Positions 48,932-58,840 are shown, numbered from the stretch's first letter. The stretch: DNA of 64,000 nt from an uncultured Gammaproteobacteria bacterium (GCA_964467155.1 CAYXNZ010000002.1:14339-78338); one strand, 5' to 3'. The notes: generated from the sequence alone by a model not told the origin. Translations and numbers: made by a program.

Positions 48932-49402
48932 ATGAAAAAAATCTTAATTATTGTTGGTAGTATTTTGGGTGCTATTTTGGTTGTTGGGATAATTTTTTTA
49001 ATTCAGACGAGAGTAATGATTAACAGGGGTCAACTAATAAAATGGGAGGGGGAGATATATACACAAGCAGAGTTTAGAGAAAAATTTCCGCCAGAAGGTA
49101 CGGAAGTGCCAGCAAAAAACACACCAGAAGATGTTTATGAGACTTTCAGACAGGCGTTATTAAATAGCGATATTGAAACTGCTTTATTGCAAATCAGAGA
49201 AGAAAAGAGAAACGAATATCAAATTGCTTTTGAGAATGTGCAGAAATTAGGTGAATGGGTTAAAATTTTGCCCATAGAAATAATAGAAGAAAGAGTAGAT
49301 GGCAATTTTGCTTATTACGATATTGATTACAGCACGGAATATAAAAATTCGATTACTTTTATTAAAAACCAAGAAGGTTATTGGCAAATAGATATAATTT
49401 AA
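48932..49402 (+). CDS. Hypothetical membrane-anchored protein (156 aa)
   Basis: N-terminal TM/signal anchor (ILIIVGSILGAILVVGIIFLI). No motifs recognised. Confidence 0.5.
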   Translation: MKKILIIVGSILGAILVVGIIFLIQTRVMINRGQLIKWEGEIYTQAEFREKFPPEGTEVPAKNTPEDVYETFRQALLNSDIETALLQIREEKRNEYQIAFENVQKLGEWVKILPIEIIEERVDGNFAYYDIDYSTEYKNSITFIKNQEGYWQIDII

Positions 49403-49412
49403 TTTTAAAAAT

Positions 49413-52400
49413 ATGTTTACAAGAAGGAGGCTTGTTTTTTTATTGTGTTTTTCTTTTTTATTTTTTGCGGTTTGTGTTTTGTCTTATGACAATTTGATTA
49501 CTCATCCGAAGCTAACAGAATCAGCAATTAATATTTACGAGCAGGAAGCTGGTAAATATTTAAATTATCAACAAACAAATTGGATTATTAAAGGTTCAAT
49601 TGATGAAGACAATGATCCGCGGTATTTAAACCATTTTTATAACCCACAAACTGGGCGAGGGCTAAACGATGGTTGGTTTCATGGTCAATCAGCTAAAAAT
49701 TGGGCATTTTCTCAAGATAGTGCTACTGGCGATTATTCAGTTGGCGCTATTTTTAATAATTATAGAAACGGTGATTTAATGCGTGCTTATCAGGGTATTG
49801 GCCATATTTTACATTTAATTCAGGATATGAGCGTGCCGGCACATGTTAGAAATGATGCTCATCCAAGCGGCGACCCGTTTGAAGAATGGGCAGAACATTA
49901 TGGGACAATAAACGCTGACAAAATACAAAAAATAAATATCAATAGTATAGAAAATGTTTTTGATGATTTAGCTTTTTTTACTAGTAATAATTTTTTTAGT
50001 AAAGATACAATTGTAATTGAAGAATTGGATAAATATAAAATAGATGAGGAACTAATTGACAACAGAAAAAGGTTTTATTTGATTAATAAAATAGATAAAC
50101 AAGAATATAAATTAGTATATTCAAAAAATCCAGATTCCATAATGCCAGTTTTTCAAATTGATGATGATTTTAAATTAAATCTTGACTATTGGAATATGCT
50201 TTATCCAAAAGCAGTTGGGTATAGCGCGGGCGTGATTGAATATTTTATTAAAGAATTTAAAAAGATAGATCAAGAGAAAAATGAAACAACAATAAGTTTA
50301 TGGCAAAAGATAAAAAATAGCACAAACAATCTTTCTTCAGATTTAGCTTATACGTGGGGCGATACTTTTATTGATAGTAGGATTAGATTAGATAATATTT
50401 TAGCAAGTGCGTTTAGTGGATATACTAAAAGTCAACAAGGATTTGAATTTTTTGCTGAAGCTAATAGAGAAATTTTAACTGATTTAAGTCAAAGGAGTGT
50501 AAATATTGCTCAAAATTTGTCTGGCAAGGTATTATCGGCAGAGGATACCATTTCAAAACAACAGATTCAGACAAAAATAGAAACAGAAGTGATTCAAGAT
50601 TTGAAAAAAAATAATCCAGATGTGGCCAGAGTGATTGATGGCGATACAATTGAATTAACTACTGGTGAAAAAGTTCGTTATATTGGCATTGATACACCAG
50701 AATTAAACAGCGAAGGATCAGATGACGATGAATGTTTAGCTTGGCTAGCCAGATTAAGAAATATGGAGCTTTTAAGCATGGGCGAGTTAAAATTAGTAGA
50801 AGATTCAACTGCCAAGACAGATAAATACGGCAGATTATTGCGTTATGTTTATATAAACAATTTGTTCGTTAATGACGTATTAGTTAAAGAAGGATTAGCT
50901 GAAATATTTTTTTGCCAACCAGGCTGGGAAAATTGTCCAGTAACAACAGATAAAAATAAAGAGAATATAATCAAAGCTTCAAACCAAGAAGCTAAAAATA
51001 ATGCTAGAGGAATTTATTCTGGCGTTTGCGATAAGGAAGATGAGCCTGAAAAAGAAATTATTAAAAAATTTGAAGATAAAATTGAAGAAAAAATAATCTT
51101 GGAAGAAAAATTTATAGAAAATAATACAGCTAGCACGTCAACGTCAACAATGATGCAATTACCTCTTGTTTGCGCGCCAGCTCATAATAATGATTCAGAT
51201 AACACAAATGTTGTTGTTTCAGAGATAGCGAATTTTTCTGTTTTTGATATAACTTCAAGTAGTACTAATATTATTGCCAGTACTACCGTTGGATTAAGTT
51301 ATACAATTAGCAATCAGGAAGCAGTCGAAGGATATTTTTTGTCAGAAGCTTCTACAACACCCGCAATTGACGATGCTAGTTGGGAAACTACTGCGCCAAG
51401 TCAATTTGTTTTATCAAGTAGCGATGGTAAAAAAATAATTTATTTTTGGTTAAAATATAATAGTGATAATATAACAAATTTTGTCAGTTCAACAATTATT
51501 CTAGATACAACAGCGCCGACAATGCCAATGATTACTAGCATAGAACCGTTAAGTGATATTTATTGGGTAAATACTAGTGAAGTTTTGTTAAGCGGAGAAA
51601 AAGAAATTGGAGTTGATGCGATTTTGATAAATGGTGTAGCATATAGTGCGACCAGCAGTGAAGAAACATGGAATGTTAATTATACTTTTGATTTTATTTG
51701 TTCTGACTCAAGCTCCTGGGGTAATTTAGTTGCTTATGATTGTATGACTGAATATTGCAATGGACATAAAGAAGAATGCGATGGTTTGAGTGATGAAGAG
51801 ATGAGAGTATTTTTTTATGAAAGAGAATTGATTTTAAAAGCGAAAAATGAAGCAGGTAATTATTCAGAAGAAGCTGAAAAAGTTTTTAGATTGGATAATT
51901 TTTTGCCAAAAATTTGGGGAGCATTATCAACTAAATCAATTCCCAGTAGTTTTGTGTATTTTTATATGTCAAATTTAGAAGATTTTATGTCGGATTTATT
52001 GTTTTTTAATTCCGGTGTGAGCGGGTATGAGTTTGAATATAAATTTAATGATTCAGAAGATTGGGTTGTTGGAGAAATTGTCGAGGTTAATTATCCTAAC
52101 GCGACTCTTCGGGCAGTATTGTCAGATGAAGGTAATTTTGATTTACGTTTTAGAATGCTTGATTTTGCTGGTAATGTTGGCGAGTGGTACGAAGGTTTGA
52201 CGGCGGAAGTTAATTTTTATCCGGTAATTAGCGAAATTTATATGGATGAAATTAATAGTGGCAGTGAATGGATAGAGCTTTATAATCCATCGGTCAGTGA
52301 TATTGATATCGGTGGCTGGGTAATTGATACCAAAGCAGACGAAGAGGCCGACGTTACTTTGCCAGATGACGCGATAATTCCGGCTTATGGATTTTATTTT

Positions 52401-52787
52401 ATCGGCGATCAAGTATCAGGAGAATGGAATCCCGATAATGTTGACTGGATAGTTCCAGACTACACCGAGACTATGACATTGACAAATGACGATGGCTGGG
52501 TTAGGTTGAGAAAAAGTACTGGTGGTGAAATTGTTGATACAGTTGGTTGGCAGAAAACAAAAGTTAAAGCAGAAGTTTATGAAGGCAGAGAAGTTAATAC
52601 TTTTGGTTGTAAAGAAGGTTATAGTATTGAAAGGTTAAATATGTTACAAGTACTTTCTGATAACACAGATCTTTATCAAAATAAAGGGAATAATTTTGAT
52701 AGGAATTATAATAGCGGGGATTTTGTTGTTAGAGAAACACCCAATCCACAAAATAGTTCGTCAGCAGTTGAAGGGGCGGGGGATTAA
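49413..52787 (+). CDS. Large secreted multidomain nuclease: N-terminal zinc-dependent phospholipase C / S1-P1 nuclease-like domain, central staphylococcal-nuclease (SNase) domain, C-terminal lamin-tail domain
   Basis: Signal/TM at the N-terminus. HFYNPQTGRGL and GIGHILHLIQDMSVPAHVRND (compare B. cereus PLC HFYDPDNGKTY, LGLSLHYLGDVNQPMH). SNase motifs VIDGDTIELTTGEKVRYIGIDTPE...KYGRLLRYVYI...LVKEGLAE. LTD motif VISEIYMDEINSGSEWIELYNPS...IGGWVI. Confidence 0.7.
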   Translation: MFTRRRLVFLLCFSFLFFAVCVLSYDNLITHPKLTESAINIYEQEAGKYLNYQQTNWIIKGSIDEDNDPRYLNHFYNPQTGRGLNDGWFHGQSAKNWAFSQDSATGDYSVGAIFNNYRNGDLMRAYQGIGHILHLIQDMSVPAHVRNDAHPSGDPFEEWAEHYGTINADKIQKININSIENVFDDLAFFTSNNFFSKDTIVIEELDKYKIDEELIDNRKRFYLINKIDKQEYKLVYSKNPDSIMPVFQIDDDFKLNLDYWNMLYPKAVGYSAGVIEYFIKEFKKIDQEKNETTISLWQKIKNSTNNLSSDLAYTWGDTFIDSRIRLDNILASAFSGYTKSQQGFEFFAEANREILTDLSQRSVNIAQNLSGKVLSAEDTISKQQIQTKIETEVIQDLKKNNPDVARVIDGDTIELTTGEKVRYIGIDTPELNSEGSDDDECLAWLARLRNMELLSMGELKLVEDSTAKTDKYGRLLRYVYINNLFVNDVLVKEGLAEIFFCQPGWENCPVTTDKNKENIIKASNQEAKNNARGIYSGVCDKEDEPEKEIIKKFEDKIEEKIILEEKFIENNTASTSTSTMMQLPLVCAPAHNNDSDNTNVVVSEIANFSVFDITSSSTNIIASTTVGLSYTISNQEAVEGYFLSEASTTPAIDDASWETTAPSQFVLSSSDGKKIIYFWLKYNSDNITNFVSSTIILDTTAPTMPMITSIEPLSDIYWVNTSEVLLSGEKEIGVDAILINGVAYSATSSEETWNVNYTFDFICSDSSSWGNLVAYDCMTEYCNGHKEECDGLSDEEMRVFFYERELILKAKNEAGNYSEEAEKVFRLDNFLPKIWGALSTKSIPSSFVYFYMSNLEDFMSDLLFFNSGVSGYEFEYKFNDSEDWVVGEIVEVNYPNATLRAVLSDEGNFDLRFRMLDFAGNVGEWYEGLTAEVNFYPVISEIYMDEINSGSEWIELYNPSVSDIDIGGWVIDTKADEEADVTLPDDAIIPAYGFYFIGDQVSGEWNPDNVDWIVPDYTETMTLTNDDGWVRLRKSTGGEIVDTVGWQKTKVKAEVYEGREVNTFGCKEGYSIERLNMLQVLSDNTDLYQNKGNNFDRNYNSGDFVVRETPNPQNSSSAVEGAGD

Positions 52788-52860
52788 ATTTATATTTGAA
52801 AATAGGTTTATATAATTTTAACGTTCTTTACATTTTTTTCAAAAAAGGAGGAAATGATAC

Positions 52861-53181
52861 GTGGAAGATAAAGATTCAGAGGAAATCACTCCGTTCCTCA
52901 AGCTTTATAATATTGTAGGTGGATTTGCTGTTACGGATGAACAGCGGCAACAAGCTTGGCAACAACTTTTGCTTATAGGGGATATCCATCTATTTTCTAT
53001 TCTTATTGCGGCAAAGTTTTCCTGGATAAAAATATCTGACGAGGACAAGGAGAAGGCATGGCAAGAATTGTTAAAAAGAGGTATTCAAGATGATGACTTA
53101 TATTTGAATTACCTCTCAGTAAATGCGCCAGAGCCATGGTGCAAAAGAGCTAGGGAATTAAAAGATAAATTGCAGGAATAA
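52861..53181 (+). CDS. Hypothetical small protein (106 aa), first of five SD-driven small genes
   Basis: AAAGGAGG SD 7 nt upstream of GTG 52861. No motif recognised. Confidence 0.45.
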   Translation: MEDKDSEEITPFLKLYNIVGGFAVTDEQRQQAWQQLLLIGDIHLFSILIAAKFSWIKISDEDKEKAWQELLKRGIQDDDLYLNYLSVNAPEPWCKRARELKDKLQE

Positions 53182-53207
53182 TGATTTTTTCAAAAAGGAG
53201 GATCGTT

Positions 53208-53471
53208 ATGGCGACAAAGGGATTGATATCAGAATATGTTAGAAGGAAGAAGGCTTTGATAAAAACTTTAGGTAAAATTGCCATAATCGTTACTTCGGAT
53301 AGAAAAGACGCTGAGGCGATAAAAATTTTACATTCATCGCTTCGTGGCGATAGAGACGTTTCTCTTATTGTTCTTGATGCGATAAGTTTGAACAATAAAA
53401 TGTCCGAAGATGACAAAAAATCTTTTCGTGAAATAGCATCTTACCTGGGGTTGCCGATAAAGGATTGGTAG
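53208..53471 (+). CDS. Hypothetical small protein (87 aa)
   Basis: AAAAGGAGG SD, then ATG 53208 (MATKGLISEY...). The track start at 53181 lies upstream of the SD. Confidence 0.45.
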   Translation: MATKGLISEYVRRKKALIKTLGKIAIIVTSDRKDAEAIKILHSSLRGDRDVSLIVLDAISLNNKMSEDDKKSFREIASYLGLPIKDW

Positions 53472-53491
53472 TTTCAAAGAAGCTCTATACT

Positions 53492-53523
53492 CGCCCGACC
53501 GAACATGGCCGGGCGTTTTTTAT
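53492..53523 (+). terminator. Rho-independent terminator
   Basis: cgcccg-accgaacatgg-ccgggcg followed by TTTTTTT. Confidence 0.65.
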
Positions 53524-53631
53524 ATAAAATACGGTTATATTTAACATTTTAAGCATTAGCGATAGATCCCGCGATTAGAGCCAAAAGGCGGGATTAGAGG
53601 AGGGTGTTATTCATATAAAATAAGCTAACCA

Positions 53632-53660
53632 TTGACAAAATATCATAAATAGGTTATGGT
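53632..53660 (+). promoter_or_regulatory. Promoter TTGACA-17-TATGGT sharing the TTGACAAAATAT box seen at 46656 and 46710
   Basis: ttgaca aaatatcataaataggt tatggt, about 75 nt upstream of the 53737 gene. Confidence 0.45.
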
Positions 53661-53736
53661 TATATGAAGTAAAAAATTTTTGTTGTTTTAAAAATAAGCC
53701 ATTCGGCTTAATACAAAATAAGGGGAGGAAAAGACA

Positions 53737-53988
53737 ATGGCAAAAAATCCAAATAGAAAACTTTCACTTTGTGATTTGAAGTATACTGAAGTAGTTAATT
53801 TATTAAAGAAACCACCGTTGTCTTTGAGTCCCAATAAACTTGGTGACGTAGTTATCGAGGCTTGTGTAAGGATCAGACAAGGAAATGATCCTGGCGAAGA
53901 CTTATTTAACGAAGTTGTCATTCTTGCAACTACAGATGACAGTAGCCAGGCCTCGGAATTGTCTAAACAGTTTTTGGAAGATTTGTAG
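53737..53988 (+). CDS. Hypothetical small protein (83 aa)
   Basis: AAGGGGAGG SD. ORF only. Confidence 0.45.
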   Translation: MAKNPNRKLSLCDLKYTEVVNLLKKPPLSLSPNKLGDVVIEACVRIRQGNDPGEDLFNEVVILATTDDSSQASELSKQFLEDL

Positions 53989-54016
53989 TAAAAAAGACAC
54001 AAAGGAGGTGTTTATC

Positions 54017-54298
54017 ATGGTAAAAGCAATACTTATTGATGTGAAAACGGAAGATCTGATTATGTTAATTTTTGATGGAGATAACGCAGACAAAGAGCAT
54101 GATGAAGGAGCGGCGACAGTTGAGCTTGTTGCCCGTTTTCTCCAGGAAAAAACATCCGAGAAAGACAAGGAGGGGATAAAAAAATGTCTTTCGGTGTTAA
54201 CAAAGGCGGACGGGGAAGTAGGGGTTCTTGCCAGAGATGCTTGCAGAACTTTTGGTATTTCTTTCGGTGGTCCTCTACCGCCAATTATGCATCTATAG
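54017..54298 (+). CDS. Small protein (93 aa), paralog A with conserved C-terminus ...GEVGVLARDACRTFGISFGGPLPPIMHL
   Basis: AAAGGAGG SD 7 nt upstream of ATG 54017. The C-terminal 30 aa are nearly identical in pattern to the next gene. Confidence 0.55.
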   Translation: MVKAILIDVKTEDLIMLIFDGDNADKEHDEGAATVELVARFLQEKTSEKDKEGIKKCLSVLTKADGEVGVLARDACRTFGISFGGPLPPIMHL

Positions 54299-54391
54299 AA
54301 GCGTTCCTCAGAAGCGTTCCTCCTCTCGGTTCATTTCAACGAGCTGAGGGGAGGCGCTCTTTTAAAAAATGTCATGAAGGAGGTAATCTCT

Positions 54392-54691
54392 ATGCTAAAA
54401 AAAGCTAAAAATTATTACAAATTGTCAGTTAAAGAGTTAGCTGGCTTACTCCTTAGTCCTTACAGGAGTAATGGTGAGGAATATGATAAAGGAGCGTTAG
54501 TTATTGAACTTGGTCGTCGTATGTTACTTGGTGGTAGATCCAAGATAACAGACGATAACCGAAAGTTGATAAAAAACTGTCTTAAGAAGTTAACACAAAC
54601 AAAAGGCGAGGTAGGAGTCCTTGCCAAAGATTGGTGTAGGGAGCTGAACATACCATTCGGTGGCCCCTTACCGCCGATTATGCATTTATGA
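54392..54691 (+). CDS. Small protein (99 aa), paralog B with conserved C-terminus ...GEVGVLAKDWCRELNIPFGGPLPPIMHL
   Basis: GAAGGAGG SD then ATG 54392. Shares IKKCL/IKNCL...GEVGVLA+D.CR...I.FGGPLPPIMHL with the 54017 gene. Confidence 0.55.
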   Translation: MLKKAKNYYKLSVKELAGLLLSPYRSNGEEYDKGALVIELGRRMLLGGRSKITDDNRKLIKNCLKKLTQTKGEVGVLAKDWCRELNIPFGGPLPPIMHL

Positions 54692-54704
54692 GAGATAGTA
54701 CTGT

Positions 54705-54739
54705 CCCCGATTCATTTTTAATGGATCGGGGGTTTTTTA
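54705..54739. terminator. Bidirectional rho-independent terminator between the small-gene array (+) and the GT4 gene (-)
   Basis: ccccgat-tcatttttaatgg-atcgggg followed by TTTTTTATTTT. A-rich on the other side. Confidence 0.7.
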
Positions 54740-54752
54740 TTTTAAAGTAGAT

Positions 54753-55991
54753 TTAATTTAAATAGAGTTTTTTTGTTTCAGCTATCATTTTTTCCAAACT
54801 GAATTCTTCAGCAACTTTCGTTTTAGCATTAGCGCTGTATTTTTCTTGATCAGTTTTATTATTAATCAATATTTTTATTTTTTCTGCCAAGTCATCGGCG
54901 TTTTGCGATTCTACTAAGAGGCCGTTTTTTTTGTTTTCAATCATTTCTGGGATACCGCCGACGCGAGTAGAGACAATCGGCAGTTCGGCACTCATTGCTT
55001 CCAGAATTGAGTAAGGAAAACCTTCCTTAACCGACGAGCAAACGTAAATATCAAAAGCTGATAAAAGTTCTGAGGCATTTTCTTTTTCTCCAACTAATAA
55101 AACATTTTTTTCTAGATTATTTTTTTGAATTAATGTTTCTAGATTTTTCCTTTCATTACCTTCGCCAATAATAACAGCGACGATAGGTAGTTGATGATCA
55201 GTAACAAGAATTTTTATCGCCCCTATCAAATATTTATAACCTTTCGTTTTATAGAGATGTCCAACTGAACCGATAAGCAAACTATTTGTCATTCTGGAGC
55301 CGAAGGCGATAGAATCTTGAGATTCTATCAGTCGCTCATTCTTCGCTCCTTCCAGAATGACAGGGTGTGTTTCAGATAATAAAATATGTCGAGCTTCATC
55401 TCTGGGTAAAAAGTTTATTACTTCAAGGCCGTTATGGATTGTGATTAATTTTTCGGGAGAGCAAACTTTTTCTTTAAGCGCTGTTTGATAATCAAACTCC
55501 GAGACGCAAATTATTTTATTTTTAAATCTGGCGGTAAATTTTTCTGCGTATTTATAAAAAAGTTTTTTCCAAATTGACATCGGTTCGTTGAAGACCCAGC
55601 CATGAGCAGTGTAGATTAATTTTGAATTTTGAATTTTGAATTTTGAATTATAAGGATTTATTTTTGTTATTAAAAAAGCCAAAGAACCGAGAATTGAAAT
55701 TTTAGAACTATTAAGATGGATAATATCTGGTTTAATTTTTTTGATTAATTTTATTATTTCAGCAAGTGCTAAAATATCTTTTATCGGCGAAATGGCGCGT
55801 TTTAGATGTTTAATTTTATAATATTTTATGCTTTTTTCGTTCAGTTTTTCAATTAATTCAGTCTGATTATTTTCATTGCCAGAAGCAATATATATTTCAA
55901 ATTCACTTTTTAAATTATCAGCCAAATCAAAAATATAGCGCTGAGCGCCACCAAATTCAGATTGAGTTATTAGATATAGTATTTTTTGCAT
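54753..55991 (-). CDS. GT4-family glycosyltransferase (contains an internal 7-bp x4 tandem repeat)
   Basis: C-terminal GT-B motif EGFPYSILEAMSAELPIVSTRVGGIPEMIENKKNGLLV (E-x7-E-like). 412 aa. Confidence 0.8.
   Translation of the reverse strand: MQKILYLITQSEFGGAQRYIFDLADNLKSEFEIYIASGNENNQTELIEKLNEKSIKYYKIKHLKRAISPIKDILALAEIIKLIKKIKPDIIHLNSSKISILGSLAFLITKINPYNSKFKIQNSKLIYTAHGWVFNEPMSIWKKLFYKYAEKFTARFKNKIICVSEFDYQTALKEKVCSPEKLITIHNGLEVINFLPRDEARHILLSETHPVILEGAKNERLIESQDSIAFGSRMTNSLLIGSVGHLYKTKGYKYLIGAIKILVTDHQLPIVAVIIGEGNERKNLETLIQKNNLEKNVLLVGEKENASELLSAFDIYVCSSVKEGFPYSILEAMSAELPIVSTRVGGIPEMIENKKNGLLVESQNADDLAEKIKILINNKTDQEKYSANAKTKVAEEFSLEKMIAETKKLYLN
55616..55650. repeat. Heptanucleotide tandem repeat (tttgaat/ttttgaa) x ~4.4 inside the GT4 coding sequence
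   Basis: aat tttgaat tttgaat tttgaat tttgaat tat read directly. It encodes ...NSKFKIQNSK... on the minus strand. The unit length is not a multiple of 3. Confidence 0.9.
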
Positions 55992-56104
55992 AAAATTATT
56001 GACTTTTAGGCTATTTTATTTAATAATAACTTATAGTTAAACATAAATCAATGTTTGATAAAATGCTAAAAAATTAGCATTTTTATATTTAAAATTATAA
56101 CATT

Positions 56105-57505
56105 ATGAAAATTTTGTATTTTGGTGGCGGTTTTGTTGGCGCTTGTAGCGCAGCCGTTAGCGCTGATAGCGGACATGAGGTTTTGGTTTACGATATAAAC
56201 AGCGAATTAGTCAAAAACTTAGCTTCATTTGACAGTAAAAAAATAGGATCAAGCTTATTTGAAAAAGGTTTGAGCGATCTTTTGATTAGAAATAAAGAAA
56301 GAATAAAATTTACAGACAAGATTGATGACGTAAAGAAAATTATAGATGAAGTTGAAGCAGTTTTTATGTGCTTGCCGACACCAGAAATGGATTCAACTGG
56401 TGAAACAAATTTGGTTTTTTACGAGCAAGCTGCTAGCGAGTTAGGACAAATTTTAAAAAACAGGAATGATGGACAACAAAGCCAATACGTTTTAGTTATA
56501 AATAAAAGTACGGTGCCAATTGAGATGGAAAGTCGGACTAAAGAAATTTTAGACAGCTTAGGCGTCAAAAATTATGGCGTTGGTTCTAATCCAGAATTTT
56601 TAGTTGAAGGGAAAGCGGTTGAAGGTTCTATTAAACCAGAAAGAATTGTTGTCGGTGCGTGGAGTGAAAAAGATTTCGAAGTTTTTAGAAAAATTTATAT
56701 TCGTTTTACTGGTGCATCATCCGATGTAAGTTATATTGAAGTTAATCCCAAGGAAGCAGCCGCTGGTAAGCTATTAGCAAATTATATGCTTTTTAGTCGA
56801 TTAGCTAATTCTTATGATGTTGTTGGTCGAGTTTGTGAAAAGTTTGATGATTTGCAATATGAGAATATAAAAAAGATTTTAATCGGCGATTCAAGGATTG
56901 GCAGTTGGGGGTTTTACAATAGTTTATTTGCTGGGGGCAGTTGTTTTATAAAGGATGCTCGTTCATTAGCCCATCAACTTGAAGAGAAACAAACTGAAGC
57001 TGATTTAGTAAAAGACACTTTACTTGGCAACCAACGACAGCTTGATAATTTTTTAGCTAGGCCAAAAAAAGAATTAAATTTTGATTTCAAGGGAAAAACG
57101 GTTGGTATTTTAGGCTTGGCGTTTAAGCGCGATAGTAATGATATTCGCAATGCCGCTTCTCTCGGCACGACTGAATTTTTATTAAAAGAAGATGTTAGCG
57201 AAATCAAAGCTCATGATCCGGTAGCTGGAGAGAATTATTTAAAATATTTTTCAAAGAATAATGCCGTTGAAAAAATAAAAATAGTAGATACAAACGAAAA
57301 AGTGATTGACGGAGTTGATGTTTTAATAATTGCGACTGACTGGCCGCAGTTTAGAGAGATAGATGAAATTATAAAAGAAGAACTGCCTAAAGGCGCGTTA
57401 ATTATGGACGGACGAAGGATGCTTCAACATAAATACAAAGAATTAGCGGAATTTGGCTATAATATTATTGCTGTTGGTTCACCGATAATAAAAGCTAAAA
57501 ATTAA
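56105..57505 (+). CDS. ugd: UDP-glucose 6-dehydrogenase
   Basis: N-terminal Rossmann motif GGGFVGACSA. Catalytic Cys region GGSCFIKD. 466 aa. Confidence 0.85.
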   Translation: MKILYFGGGFVGACSAAVSADSGHEVLVYDINSELVKNLASFDSKKIGSSLFEKGLSDLLIRNKERIKFTDKIDDVKKIIDEVEAVFMCLPTPEMDSTGETNLVFYEQAASELGQILKNRNDGQQSQYVLVINKSTVPIEMESRTKEILDSLGVKNYGVGSNPEFLVEGKAVEGSIKPERIVVGAWSEKDFEVFRKIYIRFTGASSDVSYIEVNPKEAAAGKLLANYMLFSRLANSYDVVGRVCEKFDDLQYENIKKILIGDSRIGSWGFYNSLFAGGSCFIKDARSLAHQLEEKQTEADLVKDTLLGNQRQLDNFLARPKKELNFDFKGKTVGILGLAFKRDSNDIRNAASLGTTEFLLKEDVSEIKAHDPVAGENYLKYFSKNNAVEKIKIVDTNEKVIDGVDVLIIATDWPQFREIDEIIKEELPKGALIMDGRRMLQHKYKELAEFGYNIIAVGSPIIKAKN

Positions 57506-57525
57506 TATAATATTAAAATTAAATT

Positions 57526-58836
57526 ATGTATGATTTTAAAAATTATTTTAAAGAACCGACAAAAATTGTTGTAATAGGTATGGGTTATGTTGGGCTACCA
57601 TTAGCAGTAGCTATGTCTAAAAAATATCAAATATTTGGTTTTGATATTAATAAAAATAAGATAGCTGAATTAAAAGATGGAACAGATGTTACTGGGGAGA
57701 TTGAAACTTCAGCTATTCAAAATTCTAAGATAAAATTTTCTGATGATGTGAATATTATTAAAGAAGCTAATTTTATTATACTAGCTATTCCTACGCCAAT
57801 CGATTCTAATAAAAAGCCAGATTTAACGCTATTGTTTAAGGCGACCCAAACTGTAGGTGAAAATTTAAAGAAGGGTTTAGTGGTAGTTTATGAGTCAACA
57901 GTTTATCCTGGTGTAACTGAAGATGAATGTCTGCCTATTTTGGAAAAATATTCAGGATTAAAGGCAGGAGAAGATTTTAAAATCGGTTATTCTCCCGAGA
58001 GAGTAAATCCAGGAGATAAAGAACATACTATTGAAAAAATTATCAAGGTTGTGTCTGGTATGGATGAAGAAACTTTGGACATTGTTGATAAAATTTATAG
58101 TAGTGTTATTACCGCCGGTACTTGGCGAGCTTCTTCAATTAAAGTGGCTGAAGCAGCTAAAGTAATAGAAAATACACAACGTGATTTAAACATTGCTTTG
58201 ATTAATGAATTGGCGATTATTTTTCAAAAGATTGGTATTAATACACATGAGGTCTTGGAAGCAGCTGGTACTAAATGGAATTTTTTAAAATTTAAACCGG
58301 GTTTAGTCGGCGGGCATTGTATTGGTGTAGATCCTTATTACCTTACTTATAAAGCGATTAGTTTGGGATATAATCCAGAAGTTATTCTGTCTGGACGAAG
58401 GATAAATGATAATATGGGTAAATTTATTGCCCAGCAAATTATTAAAGAAATGGTGCGAATGGGGAAAAAAGTTAATTCTTCCAAAGTAGCCATTATGGGA
58501 TTCACTTTCAAGGAGGATGTACCAGATATCCGAAATTCAAAAGTAGCTGATGTTTACAAAGAACTTTTAGGTTTTGGCTTAAAACCACTTGTTTATGACC
58601 CAATTGCAGATAAAAAAGAAGTAAAGGCGGAATATGATATTGATCTTTGTAGCTGGGATGAGATTCGAGAAGTTGATACTTTGATTATCGCTGTTCCTCA
58701 TAAGGAGTTTAAAGAAAAGTCAGTATTGGAATATAAACAGCTTATGAATGGTCAGCAGACTATGATTGTTGATATAAAAAATATATTAAATAAAAAAGAA
58801 ATAGAGAATTTAAATATTAAATATTGGAGTTTATAA
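57526..58836 (+). CDS. Nucleotide-sugar dehydrogenase (UDP-N-acetyl-D-glucosamine / mannosamine dehydrogenase, WecC/WbpA/TviB family)
   Basis: IGMGYVGLPLA Rossmann motif, GGHCIGVDPYYL catalytic Cys region, YDPIADKKE C-terminal domain. Confidence 0.8.
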   Translation: MYDFKNYFKEPTKIVVIGMGYVGLPLAVAMSKKYQIFGFDINKNKIAELKDGTDVTGEIETSAIQNSKIKFSDDVNIIKEANFIILAIPTPIDSNKKPDLTLLFKATQTVGENLKKGLVVVYESTVYPGVTEDECLPILEKYSGLKAGEDFKIGYSPERVNPGDKEHTIEKIIKVVSGMDEETLDIVDKIYSSVITAGTWRASSIKVAEAAKVIENTQRDLNIALINELAIIFQKIGINTHEVLEAAGTKWNFLKFKPGLVGGHCIGVDPYYLTYKAISLGYNPEVILSGRRINDNMGKFIAQQIIKEMVRMGKKVNSSKVAIMGFTFKEDVPDIRNSKVADVYKELLGFGLKPLVYDPIADKKEVKAEYDIDLCSWDEIREVDTLIIAVPHKEFKEKSVLEYKQLMNGQQTMIVDIKNILNKKEIENLNIKYWSL

Positions 58837-58840
58837 ATAT

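Noticed and set aside
54374-54391. Track start 54374 for the second FGGPLPPIMHL paralog
   Set aside because: That ATG overlaps the GAAGGAGG Shine-Dalgarno. ATG 54392 has canonical spacing and aligns with the paralog start.
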